Shown here in pieces: positions 46,239 to 55,210 of a DNA stretch of 64,000 bases. Source of the DNA: an uncultured Clostridia bacterium (GTDB lineage: Bacteria > Bacillota > Clostridia > Christensenellales > UBA1242); the NCBI GenBank assembly GCA_930971385.1, contig CAKNGB010000001.1, forward strand, positions 3,670-67,669, given 5' to 3'. The notes beneath the pieces are model-generated. The model was not told where the DNA came from. It worked only from the letters and a program-made list of their open reading frames with translations, and searched no databases. A program made the translations under genes and the position numbers. How positions within the stretch are numbered: the first letter of the stretch is position 1; each line of letters opens with the position of its first letter.

Positions 46239-47027
46239 TTAATCATCTTTGTTTTCATCTTTTAAGATGTTTCTGGCAACGCCTGCAACGCTGACACTTT
46301 TTGCATATTTTGCAATAAGTTTACTGCAAGTGTCCATAGTGGCGCAAGTGGTTATTATGTCGTCAACAAGTAGAACACGCATATCATCAATTTCCTTTTC
46401 GTTCACAATTCTAAAACAGTTTGAAAGATTTTTCTTTCTTTCGTTAAAATTGAGTTTTTTCTGCTCTTTGGTTTCAGAAATTTTAATTAAACACTTGCAA
46501 ATTTTAAGATTGGAAATTTTTGCAAGTTCTTCTGCAAGAAGTTTTGATTGATTAAACGAGCGTTCTTTTTCCTTTTTCTTGGTCATAGGCACAAAGGTTA
46601 TAACATCAAAATTTTTGAAATCTTCGCCGATATAGTTATAGATAAACTTGGCATAACTTTTTGCCAAATATCTTCGATTGTTCATCTTATAGGAAAGTAA
46701 ACTTTGGCGCACAATTCCTTCATAAATAAACGGGCAGTATGCACGCTTAAAACTTCGCTTTTGTTTTTGGCAACGGTCGCAGATAATTGCTTCGTTTCCA
46801 ATTTTTTCATCGCAAATTCTGCACCTATTTCCATCATTTTTAACAAGTTTTTTGGCGCACTTTTCGCAGTAGGGTTGTTCTTCAAAATTATTTATATCTC
46901 TTCCGCAAAATATGCACTTGATGTTGTCAGGGAAAAGCATGGCATCGAAAAAATTAACAAATTTTGCCCAAAAATTTGTTAATTTTTGATATTTTTTTGT
47001 GTTTTTTGCAGTTTTAGCCATTTTCAT
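46239..47027 (-). CDS. comFC: ComF family protein (PRTase domain + zinc finger), paralog 2
   Basis: Collinear with the 23846-24649 product (FPDNIKCIFCGRDI.., LLVDDIITTCATMDTC). Overlaps the recD2 stop by 14 nt. Confidence 0.85.
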   Translation of the reverse strand: MKMAKTAKNTKKYQKLTNFWAKFVNFFDAMLFPDNIKCIFCGRDINNFEEQPYCEKCAKKLVKNDGNRCRICDEKIGNEAIICDRCQKQKRSFKRAYCPFIYEGIVRQSLLSYKMNNRRYLAKSYAKFIYNYIGEDFKNFDVITFVPMTKKKEKERSFNQSKLLAEELAKISNLKICKCLIKISETKEQKKLNFNERKKNLSNCFRIVNEKEIDDMRVLLVDDIITTCATMDTCSKLIAKYAKSVSVAGVARNILKDENKDD

Positions 47028-49254
47028 CGAAAAGTTTTAGCATTTTTTCTTCCGCTGTTACCAAAAGTTTTTTAAGAAGTGTGAAGCGGGTTGCTGTGTA
47101 TTTATTAGACACCATTCGCTTTAGATATTGTTTTTCGCCAACGATAACCACCATTTTTTTAGCACGCGTCACAGCGGTGTAAATTAAATTTCGCGTGAGT
47201 ATTATGCTTGGACCAGCAATCGCAGGAATGATTATCGTGTCAAACTCTGAGCCCTGACTTTTGTGAATGGTTATGGCATAGGAAAGAGATAAATCAAGCA
47301 GGTCTGGGCGAGTGTAAAGGCAGGTTCTGCCGTCTTCAAACTCCACAACAACTTCACTGGTTTGAGTGTCGATTAAAATGATATAGCCAATGTCGCCATT
47401 AAAAACGCCTTGCCCAGTTTCCGTGCCATACTGCATCTGTCTTCGCCATTCAAGGTCGTAGTTATTTGTGATTTGCATAACCTTGTCGCCAAGCCTAAAA
47501 ATTGTTTGCCCAACTTCAAGTTGAGGCTTACTAACGGAAGGTGGATTAATTCTTTCCTGCAACTGTTTATTTAAGTTTTCAATTCCGCACACGCCTTGTT
47601 TTAATGGCGCAAGCACTTGAATATCCTTTGGTTCAACATTCAAAAATTTTGGCAGGCGATAGGTGACAAGGTTTATTATGGTGTCTTTAATGCTTTCAGG
47701 GTCGCCTTTGCTTTCAAAGAAAAAGTCCATGCTGGAGTTGTCGATAAGTGGCATTTTTCCTTCATTTATTAAGTGAGCGTTTGTGATAATCAAACTCTTT
47801 TCGCCCTGCCTAAATATCTTTGTCAGCATACAAAATGGAATAACTCCACTTCCCAAAATGTCGGCAAGCACATTTCCTGGGCCCACACTTGGAAGTTGGT
47901 CTTTATCTCCCACAAGCACAAGTTTGCAATCGCGTGGCAGAGCCTTTAAAAGATTGCACATAAGCGCGCAGTCCACCATGGAAACCTCATCCACAATCAC
48001 AACATCCACATTAAGAGGGTTTGTTTCGTTGTGCAAGAAATAACTTTCGCTGGACTTTATCACATTGACTTCCAAAAGTCTATGAATGGTTTTTGCTTCG
48101 TGTTTTGTGGAGTCGCTCATTCTTTTTGAGGCGCGCCCAGTTGGTGCAACAAGCGCCACTTTCTTTTGCATATTCTCAAAAATTTCCAATATACACTTAA
48201 TTATGGTGGTCTTTCCAGTTCCAGGACCTCCAGTAATCACAAACACGCCATTATTAACAGCTCCTTTAATCGCATTTATCTGCTCTTCATGAAGTTTAAT
48301 TTTATTTCTAAGCTGAAAGGCGTCAATGTCTTCGTCAATATCAAATTTTTCACTTTTGCTGGCATTTTTCAGCCAAGTGAGTTTCTGCGCTATGGAGTTT
48401 TCATAGTAGTAATACTTTGAAAGCATAACAATTTCCACATTATCTTGCCAAAGCGTCACGCAGGTTTTGTCGAGGCAAAGGGTGTCGAAAGTTCGGTCGA
48501 AAAGTTCCTTATTATCCTCTGCAATAAGCCCAAGCGCTTTGGATGCCTCGCCATAGAGGGCGTTTTTAGGTAGATATGTGTTGCCATTTTTCTCGCATGA
48601 AACCTTTAAAACATGAACAAGCCCAGCGCGCACGCGAAACTCGCTGTCCTCTGGTATGCCAACATTTTTTGCAATCTTATCGGCAGTTGTGAAGCCTATG
48701 CCGTCAACATCCTCAATCAGTTTATATGGGTTGTTTTTCACAATATCTGTCGTTTTTTCGCGGTAGATGTTGTAAATTTTCAGTGCCATGTTTGTGGAAA
48801 TGTTATAGGACTGCAAAAACATAATCGTGTTTTGCACCTCTTTGTGTTCGCGATAGGAAAAGCCAATTTCCACCGCCTTTTTCTCACTAATTCCCTTGAT
48901 TTCGGAAAGACGCTCGGGAGTGTATTCCAAAACTTCCAAGGTGTCCTTGCCAAAATGCTCCACAATTCGCTTTGCCGTGATTGGTCCAACGCCACGAATA
49001 AGCCCACTTCCAAGATACTTCTCCATGCCCGCAATCGTCTTTGGCTGGGTCAGTTCGTATGAGGTAAAGGCATATTGCACGCCGAACTTCGATTTTTCAA
49101 ATTTACCCTCCAGCGTCACATTTGCGCCAATTTGCACGTCAATAAATTTCCCCACAACTGTGACAAGCGAACCGTCTTTCTCAAGTTTTGCCACCGTGTA
49201 GCCATTTTCTTCATTTCTATAAACAATATCGTCGATAACACCAATTAAAGCCAT
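47014..49254 (-). CDS. recD2: ATP-dependent RecD-like DNA helicase (RecD2)
   Basis: N-terminal HhH region, Walker A ITGGPGTGKTT, VIVDEVSMV, SH3-like insertion, C-terminal YTAVTRAKK. Confidence 0.9.
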   Translation of the reverse strand: MALIGVIDDIVYRNEENGYTVAKLEKDGSLVTVVGKFIDVQIGANVTLEGKFEKSKFGVQYAFTSYELTQPKTIAGMEKYLGSGLIRGVGPITAKRIVEHFGKDTLEVLEYTPERLSEIKGISEKKAVEIGFSYREHKEVQNTIMFLQSYNISTNMALKIYNIYREKTTDIVKNNPYKLIEDVDGIGFTTADKIAKNVGIPEDSEFRVRAGLVHVLKVSCEKNGNTYLPKNALYGEASKALGLIAEDNKELFDRTFDTLCLDKTCVTLWQDNVEIVMLSKYYYYENSIAQKLTWLKNASKSEKFDIDEDIDAFQLRNKIKLHEEQINAIKGAVNNGVFVITGGPGTGKTTIIKCILEIFENMQKKVALVAPTGRASKRMSDSTKHEAKTIHRLLEVNVIKSSESYFLHNETNPLNVDVVIVDEVSMVDCALMCNLLKALPRDCKLVLVGDKDQLPSVGPGNVLADILGSGVIPFCMLTKIFRQGEKSLIITNAHLINEGKMPLIDNSSMDFFFESKGDPESIKDTIINLVTYRLPKFLNVEPKDIQVLAPLKQGVCGIENLNKQLQERINPPSVSKPQLEVGQTIFRLGDKVMQITNNYDLEWRRQMQYGTETGQGVFNGDIGYIILIDTQTSEVVVEFEDGRTCLYTRPDLLDLSLSYAITIHKSQGSEFDTIIIPAIAGPSIILTRNLIYTAVTRAKKMVVIVGEKQYLKRMVSNKYTATRFTLLKKLLVTAEEKMLKLFDENG

Positions 49255-49329
49255 ATTTTTATTTTAATGAATTTTTCCTTAAAAAGCAAGTAAAATAGTT
49301 GCAAAAAATAATTTAGTCATATATAATTA

Positions 49330-49719
49330 ATGTGTATGAAAAACGTAGAGAAGATATTGGAGATCGAGGCATTAACCGAAAACATCACAAAGCACTTTGC
49401 AGAAAACAATCTTTTGAGAATAAAGATTTTGTATTTCATCTCACAATATCAAAATTTGTCGGTGGGCATGATCATTGATAAACTCGGCATAAAAAAATCT
49501 AACTTTGCGCTCATGACACGCGAACTTGAAAAAGAAGGGTTAATTTATTCTAAGCAAGGCGAAATCGACAAACGCTGTCGTATGTTATTTTTAACCGAAA
49601 AAGGCAAAGAAGAACTAGGCAAATACATTAAAAATCTTGAAAATTTCTTTCATGAGGATGAAAAAGAGGTTTCTTCCGCGCTCAATCAGTTAATTATCTA
49701 TTTAAACAGGAAAATTTAG
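49330..49719 (+). CDS. MarR-family transcriptional regulator
   Basis: Winged-helix pattern (LSVGMIIDKLGIKKSNFALMTRELEKEGLIYSKQGEIDKR). Start is 49330 or 49336. Confidence 0.75.
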   Translation: MCMKNVEKILEIEALTENITKHFAENNLLRIKILYFISQYQNLSVGMIIDKLGIKKSNFALMTRELEKEGLIYSKQGEIDKRCRMLFLTEKGKEELGKYIKNLENFFHEDEKEVSSALNQLIIYLNRKI

Positions 49720-49733
49720 GAGCATATTTATAT

Positions 49734-51098
49734 ATGAAAAAAGTTGTTAAATTCTATAACTCTCTCACACGAAAAAAAGAGGAAATTTATCCATCCAACA
49801 ATAAAACAATCAAAATGTATAGTTGCGGACCAACCGTCTATTCCTATCCACATATCGGCAATTTCAGGGCATATCTATTTATGGATAACATCAGACGCAC
49901 ATTGAAATATTGTGGATATTCTCTTGACGGCGCCATGAACATCACAGATGTTGGGCATTTAACAAGCGACGCAGACGAGGGTGAAGATAAAATGCTTGTG
50001 GCAAGTGAAAGAGAGCATAAATCGCCTTGGGAAATTGCCAAGTTTTACACCGAAGTTTTCATGCGCGACGCAAAAAGGCTTAACATCAATTTGCCAGAAC
50101 ACATCGTTCCAGCAACAAGCGTGATACCTGAAATTATCAAGTTTGTTCAAGGGCTTATGGAGAAGGGATATGCCTATGAAACCAGCAAGGGAATTTATTT
50201 TGAGATTGCAAAATTTAAAGATTATGGCAAACTTAGTGGCATGAACATAGAGGAAAAACTTGCAGGCGCAAGAATTGCTGTTGACGACAAAAAGCGTTCG
50301 CCATACGACTTTGTGCTTTGGGTGAAAGCGCCAAAGGAGCATATCATGCAGTGGGATTCGCCTTGGGGAAAGGGGTATCCAGGCTGGCACATCGAGTGCT
50401 CAGTTATTGGCGATAAGTTTTTTGGCGACAGCATCGACATTCACACTGGCGGAGTGGACCATAAACCTGTGCATCACGAAAACGAAATTGCGCAAAGCAA
50501 TGCTTTTTATGGCAAACAGGTGGTAAAACACTGGATGCATCTTGAATTTTTGCAGATAGACAGTGGGAAAATGGGCAAAAGCCTTGGCAATACCTACACT
50601 TTAGACGACCTTGAAAAACAGGGTTTTAAACCAGAAGTTTTTAGGTATTTCTACTTTATGGCACACTACTCCAAACAGCAAAATTTCACTCGCGAGGCAA
50701 TGGAGGGCGCAAAAAACAGCCTTAAAAACATGAAAAACTTGGTGAAAGAGCATAAAGTTGGCACAAACAAAGTTGACACCTCTTCCTATCAAAAAGAATT
50801 TATTGACGCGATTGCCGACGACCTCAACATGCCAAACGCACTTGCAGTTGTCATCAAAATGCTGAAAGAGGAAAGAAGCAAGGATGTTTATGAAGCATTT
50901 TTGAAGTTTAATGAAGTTTTGGGCTTTTCGCTCGAAGAAGAGGAAATTCCAAGTGACATTTTGGATTTGGCAGAAAAAAGGTGGCAAGCAAAAAAAGCAA
51001 AAGATTTTACTCTAGCAGACAATCTTCGTGAGGAGTTATCAAAAAAAGGCTTCACCATTAAAGACACTCGCGACGGCTACGAAATTACGAAAAATTAA
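49734..51098 (+). CDS. cysS: cysteinyl-tRNA synthetase
   Basis: CGPTVYSYPHIGN (HIGH), WHIECS zinc site, KMGKSLGN (KMSKS). Confidence 0.93.
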   Translation: MKKVVKFYNSLTRKKEEIYPSNNKTIKMYSCGPTVYSYPHIGNFRAYLFMDNIRRTLKYCGYSLDGAMNITDVGHLTSDADEGEDKMLVASEREHKSPWEIAKFYTEVFMRDAKRLNINLPEHIVPATSVIPEIIKFVQGLMEKGYAYETSKGIYFEIAKFKDYGKLSGMNIEEKLAGARIAVDDKKRSPYDFVLWVKAPKEHIMQWDSPWGKGYPGWHIECSVIGDKFFGDSIDIHTGGVDHKPVHHENEIAQSNAFYGKQVVKHWMHLEFLQIDSGKMGKSLGNTYTLDDLEKQGFKPEVFRYFYFMAHYSKQQNFTREAMEGAKNSLKNMKNLVKEHKVGTNKVDTSSYQKEFIDAIADDLNMPNALAVVIKMLKEERSKDVYEAFLKFNEVLGFSLEEEEIPSDILDLAEKRWQAKKAKDFTLADNLREELSKKGFTIKDTRDGYEITKN

Positions 51099-51110
51099 AT
51101 ATAATAATTA

Positions 51111-51139
51111 AAAAAAGAATATCAAACGATATTCTTTTT
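51111..51139. terminator. bidirectional terminator between cysS and the P-type ATPase
   Basis: AAAAGAATATC aaac GATATTCTTTT hairpin, which overlaps the ATPase stop codon. Confidence 0.7.
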
Positions 51140-53744
51140 ATTTTGCTTTATTTAAGCGTTTGGCAAATTCGTTGTTTTCGTATTCGTCAAAATGTGCTTT
51201 ACCGCTTGCCTTCAAGTTTTCCAAAAGTTCTTCGGTTTCTTCTTTATCAAATTCCACAAAATCTTTTTTCTTTTTCTTGTTGAATTTGCTTAAAAGTTTG
51301 TTAAAGCGTTTATCAAATTCGGTTTCAGTGGTGTTGGAATAGGAAACAGTGCCATATTTCTTTTTAAAATACCACTCTTTAATGTAAAACGCAAGCACAA
51401 TGAGGAGTATTGTGGAAAGAAGAAGTGCGGAAAGAGTGATGATAACTGGAAGCGAGAATGTGGTTATTGAGAAGAACCTTCCCATACCCCAAATGCAACC
51501 GACGATAAGCACAAACGAAAGCGTTATGCAAATCCAGCGCAGTAAGTTTAACGGCCAACACGTCCACACCAAGTTGATAAAGCCTGTGAAAATAACAAGT
51601 AGGGTGGAAAGTGTGGTAAATTCGTCAGGCGTAAGCACGGTGGAGTTGGCATTCAAAAGAACAACAATTAAAACATTAATGAAAAGTAATAGTGCACTTG
51701 GTATTGATTTTTTAAGAACCTGCGGGATGAAGTTCCCTCGAATTATGTCGCTGTTCGGCTGGAAGGTAAGGATGAACGAAGGAAGCCCAATCACGAACAT
51801 TTCAAGAAGAAGGAGTTGTTTTGGTGTGAAAGGATAGGAAATTCTAAGAATTAGCGTTGTGACGCACAGCATGATTGTGAAAAGCGTTTTCATAAGGTAA
51901 AGAACGGAAGATTTCTGCACGTTGTTAACAATTTGCCTGCCTTCTTTAACTACGCTTGGAAGAGCGGAGAAGTTGCTTTCTAAAAGCACGAGATGAGAGA
52001 TGTTTCTTGCCACTTCGCTTCCGTCTGCCATGGCAATGGAGCAGTCTGCTTCTTTAAGTGCAAGTGTGTCGTTCACGCCGTCGCCAGTCATGGCAACCAC
52101 ATTTCCTTGCGTTTTTAAGGTTTTAACCAAAACATGCTTTTGTTCTGGCGTCACTCTGCCAAAAACTGTGAACTTGTTGGCGAGCTGAGCGACTTCTTGC
52201 AAACTGACATTTTCAAGAGAAACATATCTGTCATAGCCTTCAACGCCAACACGCATGGCGATTTTTGAAACCGTGATAGCGTCGTCGCCAGAGATGATTT
52301 TGATTTTGACATTATTTTTTTTGAACCAGTCGATTGTTTCCACGGCGTCTTTACGAATGTGGTCCTCTAAAACGAAAAAGGCGATAAGTTTTCCATTTTT
52401 GCCTGCTTTTTTCTCGTCATATGCCTCATGTGTTTCAGCAAGTGCAATAACACGATAGCCTTTTTCCATGTTTTCGGTCATAATCTTTTTTTGTTCGCTG
52501 GTTATTGGGCATTTAATGAACGACGGAGCACCCATAAAATAGGTTTTTCCATTTTTTAAAGTTGTTGCAGAGTATTTTCGTTGAGAAGCAAACTCGATAA
52601 CTTCCTTAACTTCGCTTTCAGTGTCCCTTCCAAAATGATTTAAAAGGGCTAAACTTGTGGCGTTCATCGTTTTTTGGTGGTGCAAAATGGTTTTCATCAC
52701 GCTTTCAATTTTAGATTTATGTGTGTTATTAAGCGGAATGACATCCACAACATTCATGGTGCCGTCGGTTATCGTTCCAGTTTTATCAAGGCACAAAATG
52801 TTTGCACGCGCCAGCATTTCAATGGAGTATAGGTTTTTCACCAAAGTTTTCTTCTTGGCAAGTTTAATAACGCCAACCGACAAGCCAACCGTAATTAAAA
52901 GATACATTCCCGCTGGGATCATGCCAGTGAGCGCACCACTCGTGCTTGTTATGGCGTCGGTTATGCTGGAGTCTAACAAAACGCTTTCTTTAAAGAAGGT
53001 TAAAACGCCAACTGGAATTAAAATGAGGATGATAACTTTAATTAAGTTGTTCAAATCTTTAAAAAGGTTGGAGGTTTGTGGTTTAAAGTCTTTCGTGCGT
53101 TCGGCAACTGTTTGGATGTAGTTATTTTTTCCCACTTTATCCACACGGGCGTAGCATTGCCCAGAAACTAGGAATGAGCCAGCAAGAAGAACATCGCCGA
53201 TATTTTTTTTGATATAATTACTTTCGCCAGTAAGCAGACTTTCGTTTGCTTCCACATTGCCTTCCACAATAATGCAATCGGCAGGAATTTGGTTGCCGTT
53301 TTCAAGAAGCATAATGTCGTCTAAAAGAAGGTCCTCGCTTCGAATTTCGTATTGCAAACCCATTCTTATCACTTTGATTTTTGGCGCGGTCACCATGGAA
53401 AGTTTTTCCACAGTTTTTTTCGATTTAATCTCTTGGAAAATGGAGATTGCAGTGTTGGCGATGACCACGAACAAGAAAAGCATATCTCTCCACGCACCGA
53501 CGCACATAAGGGCGATGGCAATCACAAGCCAAATGCAGTTAAAGAAAGTGAAAACATTTTTACAAATTATGGAAAGATAGGAATTAGAGGTTTTGATTTT
53601 GGTGTCGTTAACAAGTTTATGTTCCTTTCTCTCATTGATTTGTTCCTCAGAAAGACCATGTTCTCTATCCGTTTGATAGCGAACAATTGGCACTTCTTCT
53701 TTTTGTTGTTTTTTCTTTCTGCTAAAAAATTTTTTATTTCCCAT
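51138..53744 (-). CDS. cation-transporting P-type ATPase (P2-like, substrate not assignable)
   Basis: Phosphorylation motif CLDKTGTIT, TGES actuator motif (LLTGES), hinge MTGDGVNDTLAL, 8-10 TM helices, and a C-terminal soluble extension. Confidence 0.88.
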   Translation of the reverse strand: MGNKKFFSRKKKQQKEEVPIVRYQTDREHGLSEEQINERKEHKLVNDTKIKTSNSYLSIICKNVFTFFNCIWLVIAIALMCVGAWRDMLFLFVVIANTAISIFQEIKSKKTVEKLSMVTAPKIKVIRMGLQYEIRSEDLLLDDIMLLENGNQIPADCIIVEGNVEANESLLTGESNYIKKNIGDVLLAGSFLVSGQCYARVDKVGKNNYIQTVAERTKDFKPQTSNLFKDLNNLIKVIILILIPVGVLTFFKESVLLDSSITDAITSTSGALTGMIPAGMYLLITVGLSVGVIKLAKKKTLVKNLYSIEMLARANILCLDKTGTITDGTMNVVDVIPLNNTHKSKIESVMKTILHHQKTMNATSLALLNHFGRDTESEVKEVIEFASQRKYSATTLKNGKTYFMGAPSFIKCPITSEQKKIMTENMEKGYRVIALAETHEAYDEKKAGKNGKLIAFFVLEDHIRKDAVETIDWFKKNNVKIKIISGDDAITVSKIAMRVGVEGYDRYVSLENVSLQEVAQLANKFTVFGRVTPEQKHVLVKTLKTQGNVVAMTGDGVNDTLALKEADCSIAMADGSEVARNISHLVLLESNFSALPSVVKEGRQIVNNVQKSSVLYLMKTLFTIMLCVTTLILRISYPFTPKQLLLLEMFVIGLPSFILTFQPNSDIIRGNFIPQVLKKSIPSALLLFINVLIVVLLNANSTVLTPDEFTTLSTLLVIFTGFINLVWTCWPLNLLRWICITLSFVLIVGCIWGMGRFFSITTFSLPVIITLSALLLSTILLIVLAFYIKEWYFKKKYGTVSYSNTTETEFDKRFNKLLSKFNKKKKKDFVEFDKEETEELLENLKASGKAHFDEYENNEFAKRLNKAK

Positions 53745-53881
53745 ATTTCACTTTTAAGTTTATAAATTTTTGACAAAAAAGTCAAACATTAAAGCAATTT
53801 TCTTGACTTTTTTATTAAATTTGTTTTTAATATATATATCTTATTGTTTCCACATTTATAAAAATGCACGTTGGAGGAGAA

Positions 53882-55114
53882 ATGTTTATTCCTGTTTCAG
53901 AAAATTTAATCAAACTTTCCAAGTTTTTTCCAGAGAATTTGTTCATAGTGGGCGGATATGTCAGAAATGCCATTATGGGAATTAAGAGTGGCGACATAGA
54001 CCTTGCAAGCAATGTCGATATAGATGAAATTAGCAAAATTTTGAAGGAAAATGGCTATAAAATCAAAGTTAAAAATTCAAAATACAATTCAATCACAATT
54101 CAAAAAGATGGCGAAAGTTATGAATTTACCTCGTTTAGAAAAGATTTTTATGAGGATAACGGAAAACATTGTCCAATCAAAGTGGAACGAACGGAGGATA
54201 TTAAAGAGGACGCTTCAAGGCGTGATTTCACAATAAACGCGATTTATTACAACATCAATAAGGATGAAATTGTCGATTTCTATCACGGAGTTGTTGACGC
54301 AAAGCAAAAAATTTTAAGATGCATAGGTTCGCCAGAAGAGGTTTTGAAAAACGACGGCGAACGCATTTTGAGAATGGTCAGAATTGTCGGCGAACTTGGG
54401 CTTAAAATTGAAAAACGCACGCTTGAAAGTGCTTTTCAAATGGCAAAAAATATTCAAGATTTGTCGCCAGCAAGAAAATATATGGAACTGGAAAAAATTC
54501 TATATTGCGATAAGCGTTATAAAGATGTTAAATCCAATTTCAAGAAAATTTTGAAACTTTTAAATAAACTTTGCGTTTGGCAATATTTTGGTTTGCCTGT
54601 TAAAGCGATTAAATATAACATGGTAAACAAAGTGGAAGATAGATTTTTGGGGATTCTTATCGACATTGTTGACACTTTAAATCCAGAGTGCCTTCAAACC
54701 TTTTTAGAGAACTTTTTAAAGGAAGAATTTGCTTTTAACAGCAAACAAATTCAAAAGGTTTTCACGTATATTTCTGGCTACTATAACGCACTTAATGGCA
54801 TGAAAAATAAGGACTATTTCTTTAAATATTTCGAGGATGTTTCGGTCATCTTTCCACTTCTTGCGAAAAAAAGTAAGCACATAACAAACAAGTATATGTT
54901 TTTCTATGAATACATCATTCGTCATGGGCTTGTGATTAAAACTTCCGATTTGCTAGTTAACGAAGAGGATATAAAAAACAATTTTCCAAAGATAGACGAA
55001 AGAAGTTATGGAAGAATTTTGGAATATCTTTTAAGCGAAGTTTTCGATGGAAAAATAAAAAACACAAAAGAAGATTTGCTTCAAGAAATTGACAAAACTT
55101 TTCAAACTTTTTAA
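53882..55114 (+). CDS. cca: CCA-adding enzyme / tRNA nucleotidyltransferase family protein
   Basis: Pol-beta head motif GGYVRNAIMG..SGDIDLA and RDFTINA. GGAGG RBS before the ATG at 53882. Confidence 0.8.
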   Translation: MFIPVSENLIKLSKFFPENLFIVGGYVRNAIMGIKSGDIDLASNVDIDEISKILKENGYKIKVKNSKYNSITIQKDGESYEFTSFRKDFYEDNGKHCPIKVERTEDIKEDASRRDFTINAIYYNINKDEIVDFYHGVVDAKQKILRCIGSPEEVLKNDGERILRMVRIVGELGLKIEKRTLESAFQMAKNIQDLSPARKYMELEKILYCDKRYKDVKSNFKKILKLLNKLCVWQYFGLPVKAIKYNMVNKVEDRFLGILIDIVDTLNPECLQTFLENFLKEEFAFNSKQIQKVFTYISGYYNALNGMKNKDYFFKYFEDVSVIFPLLAKKSKHITNKYMFFYEYIIRHGLVIKTSDLLVNEEDIKNNFPKIDERSYGRILEYLLSEVFDGKIKNTKEDLLQEIDKTFQTF

Positions 55115-55135
55115 AACTTTGAAACCAGCAAAAAA

Positions 55136-55172
55136 AATAGTGACAACAATTTTTGCCACTATTTTTTTAGTT
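55136..55172. terminator. terminator between cca and the LRR gene
   Basis: ATAGTGaCAA / TTGcCACTAT hairpin flanked by an A-run and a T-run. Confidence 0.6.
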
Positions 55173-55210
55173 TAAATAAATTACTAATTTTTAATTCTTT
55201 TCTTTATCAT

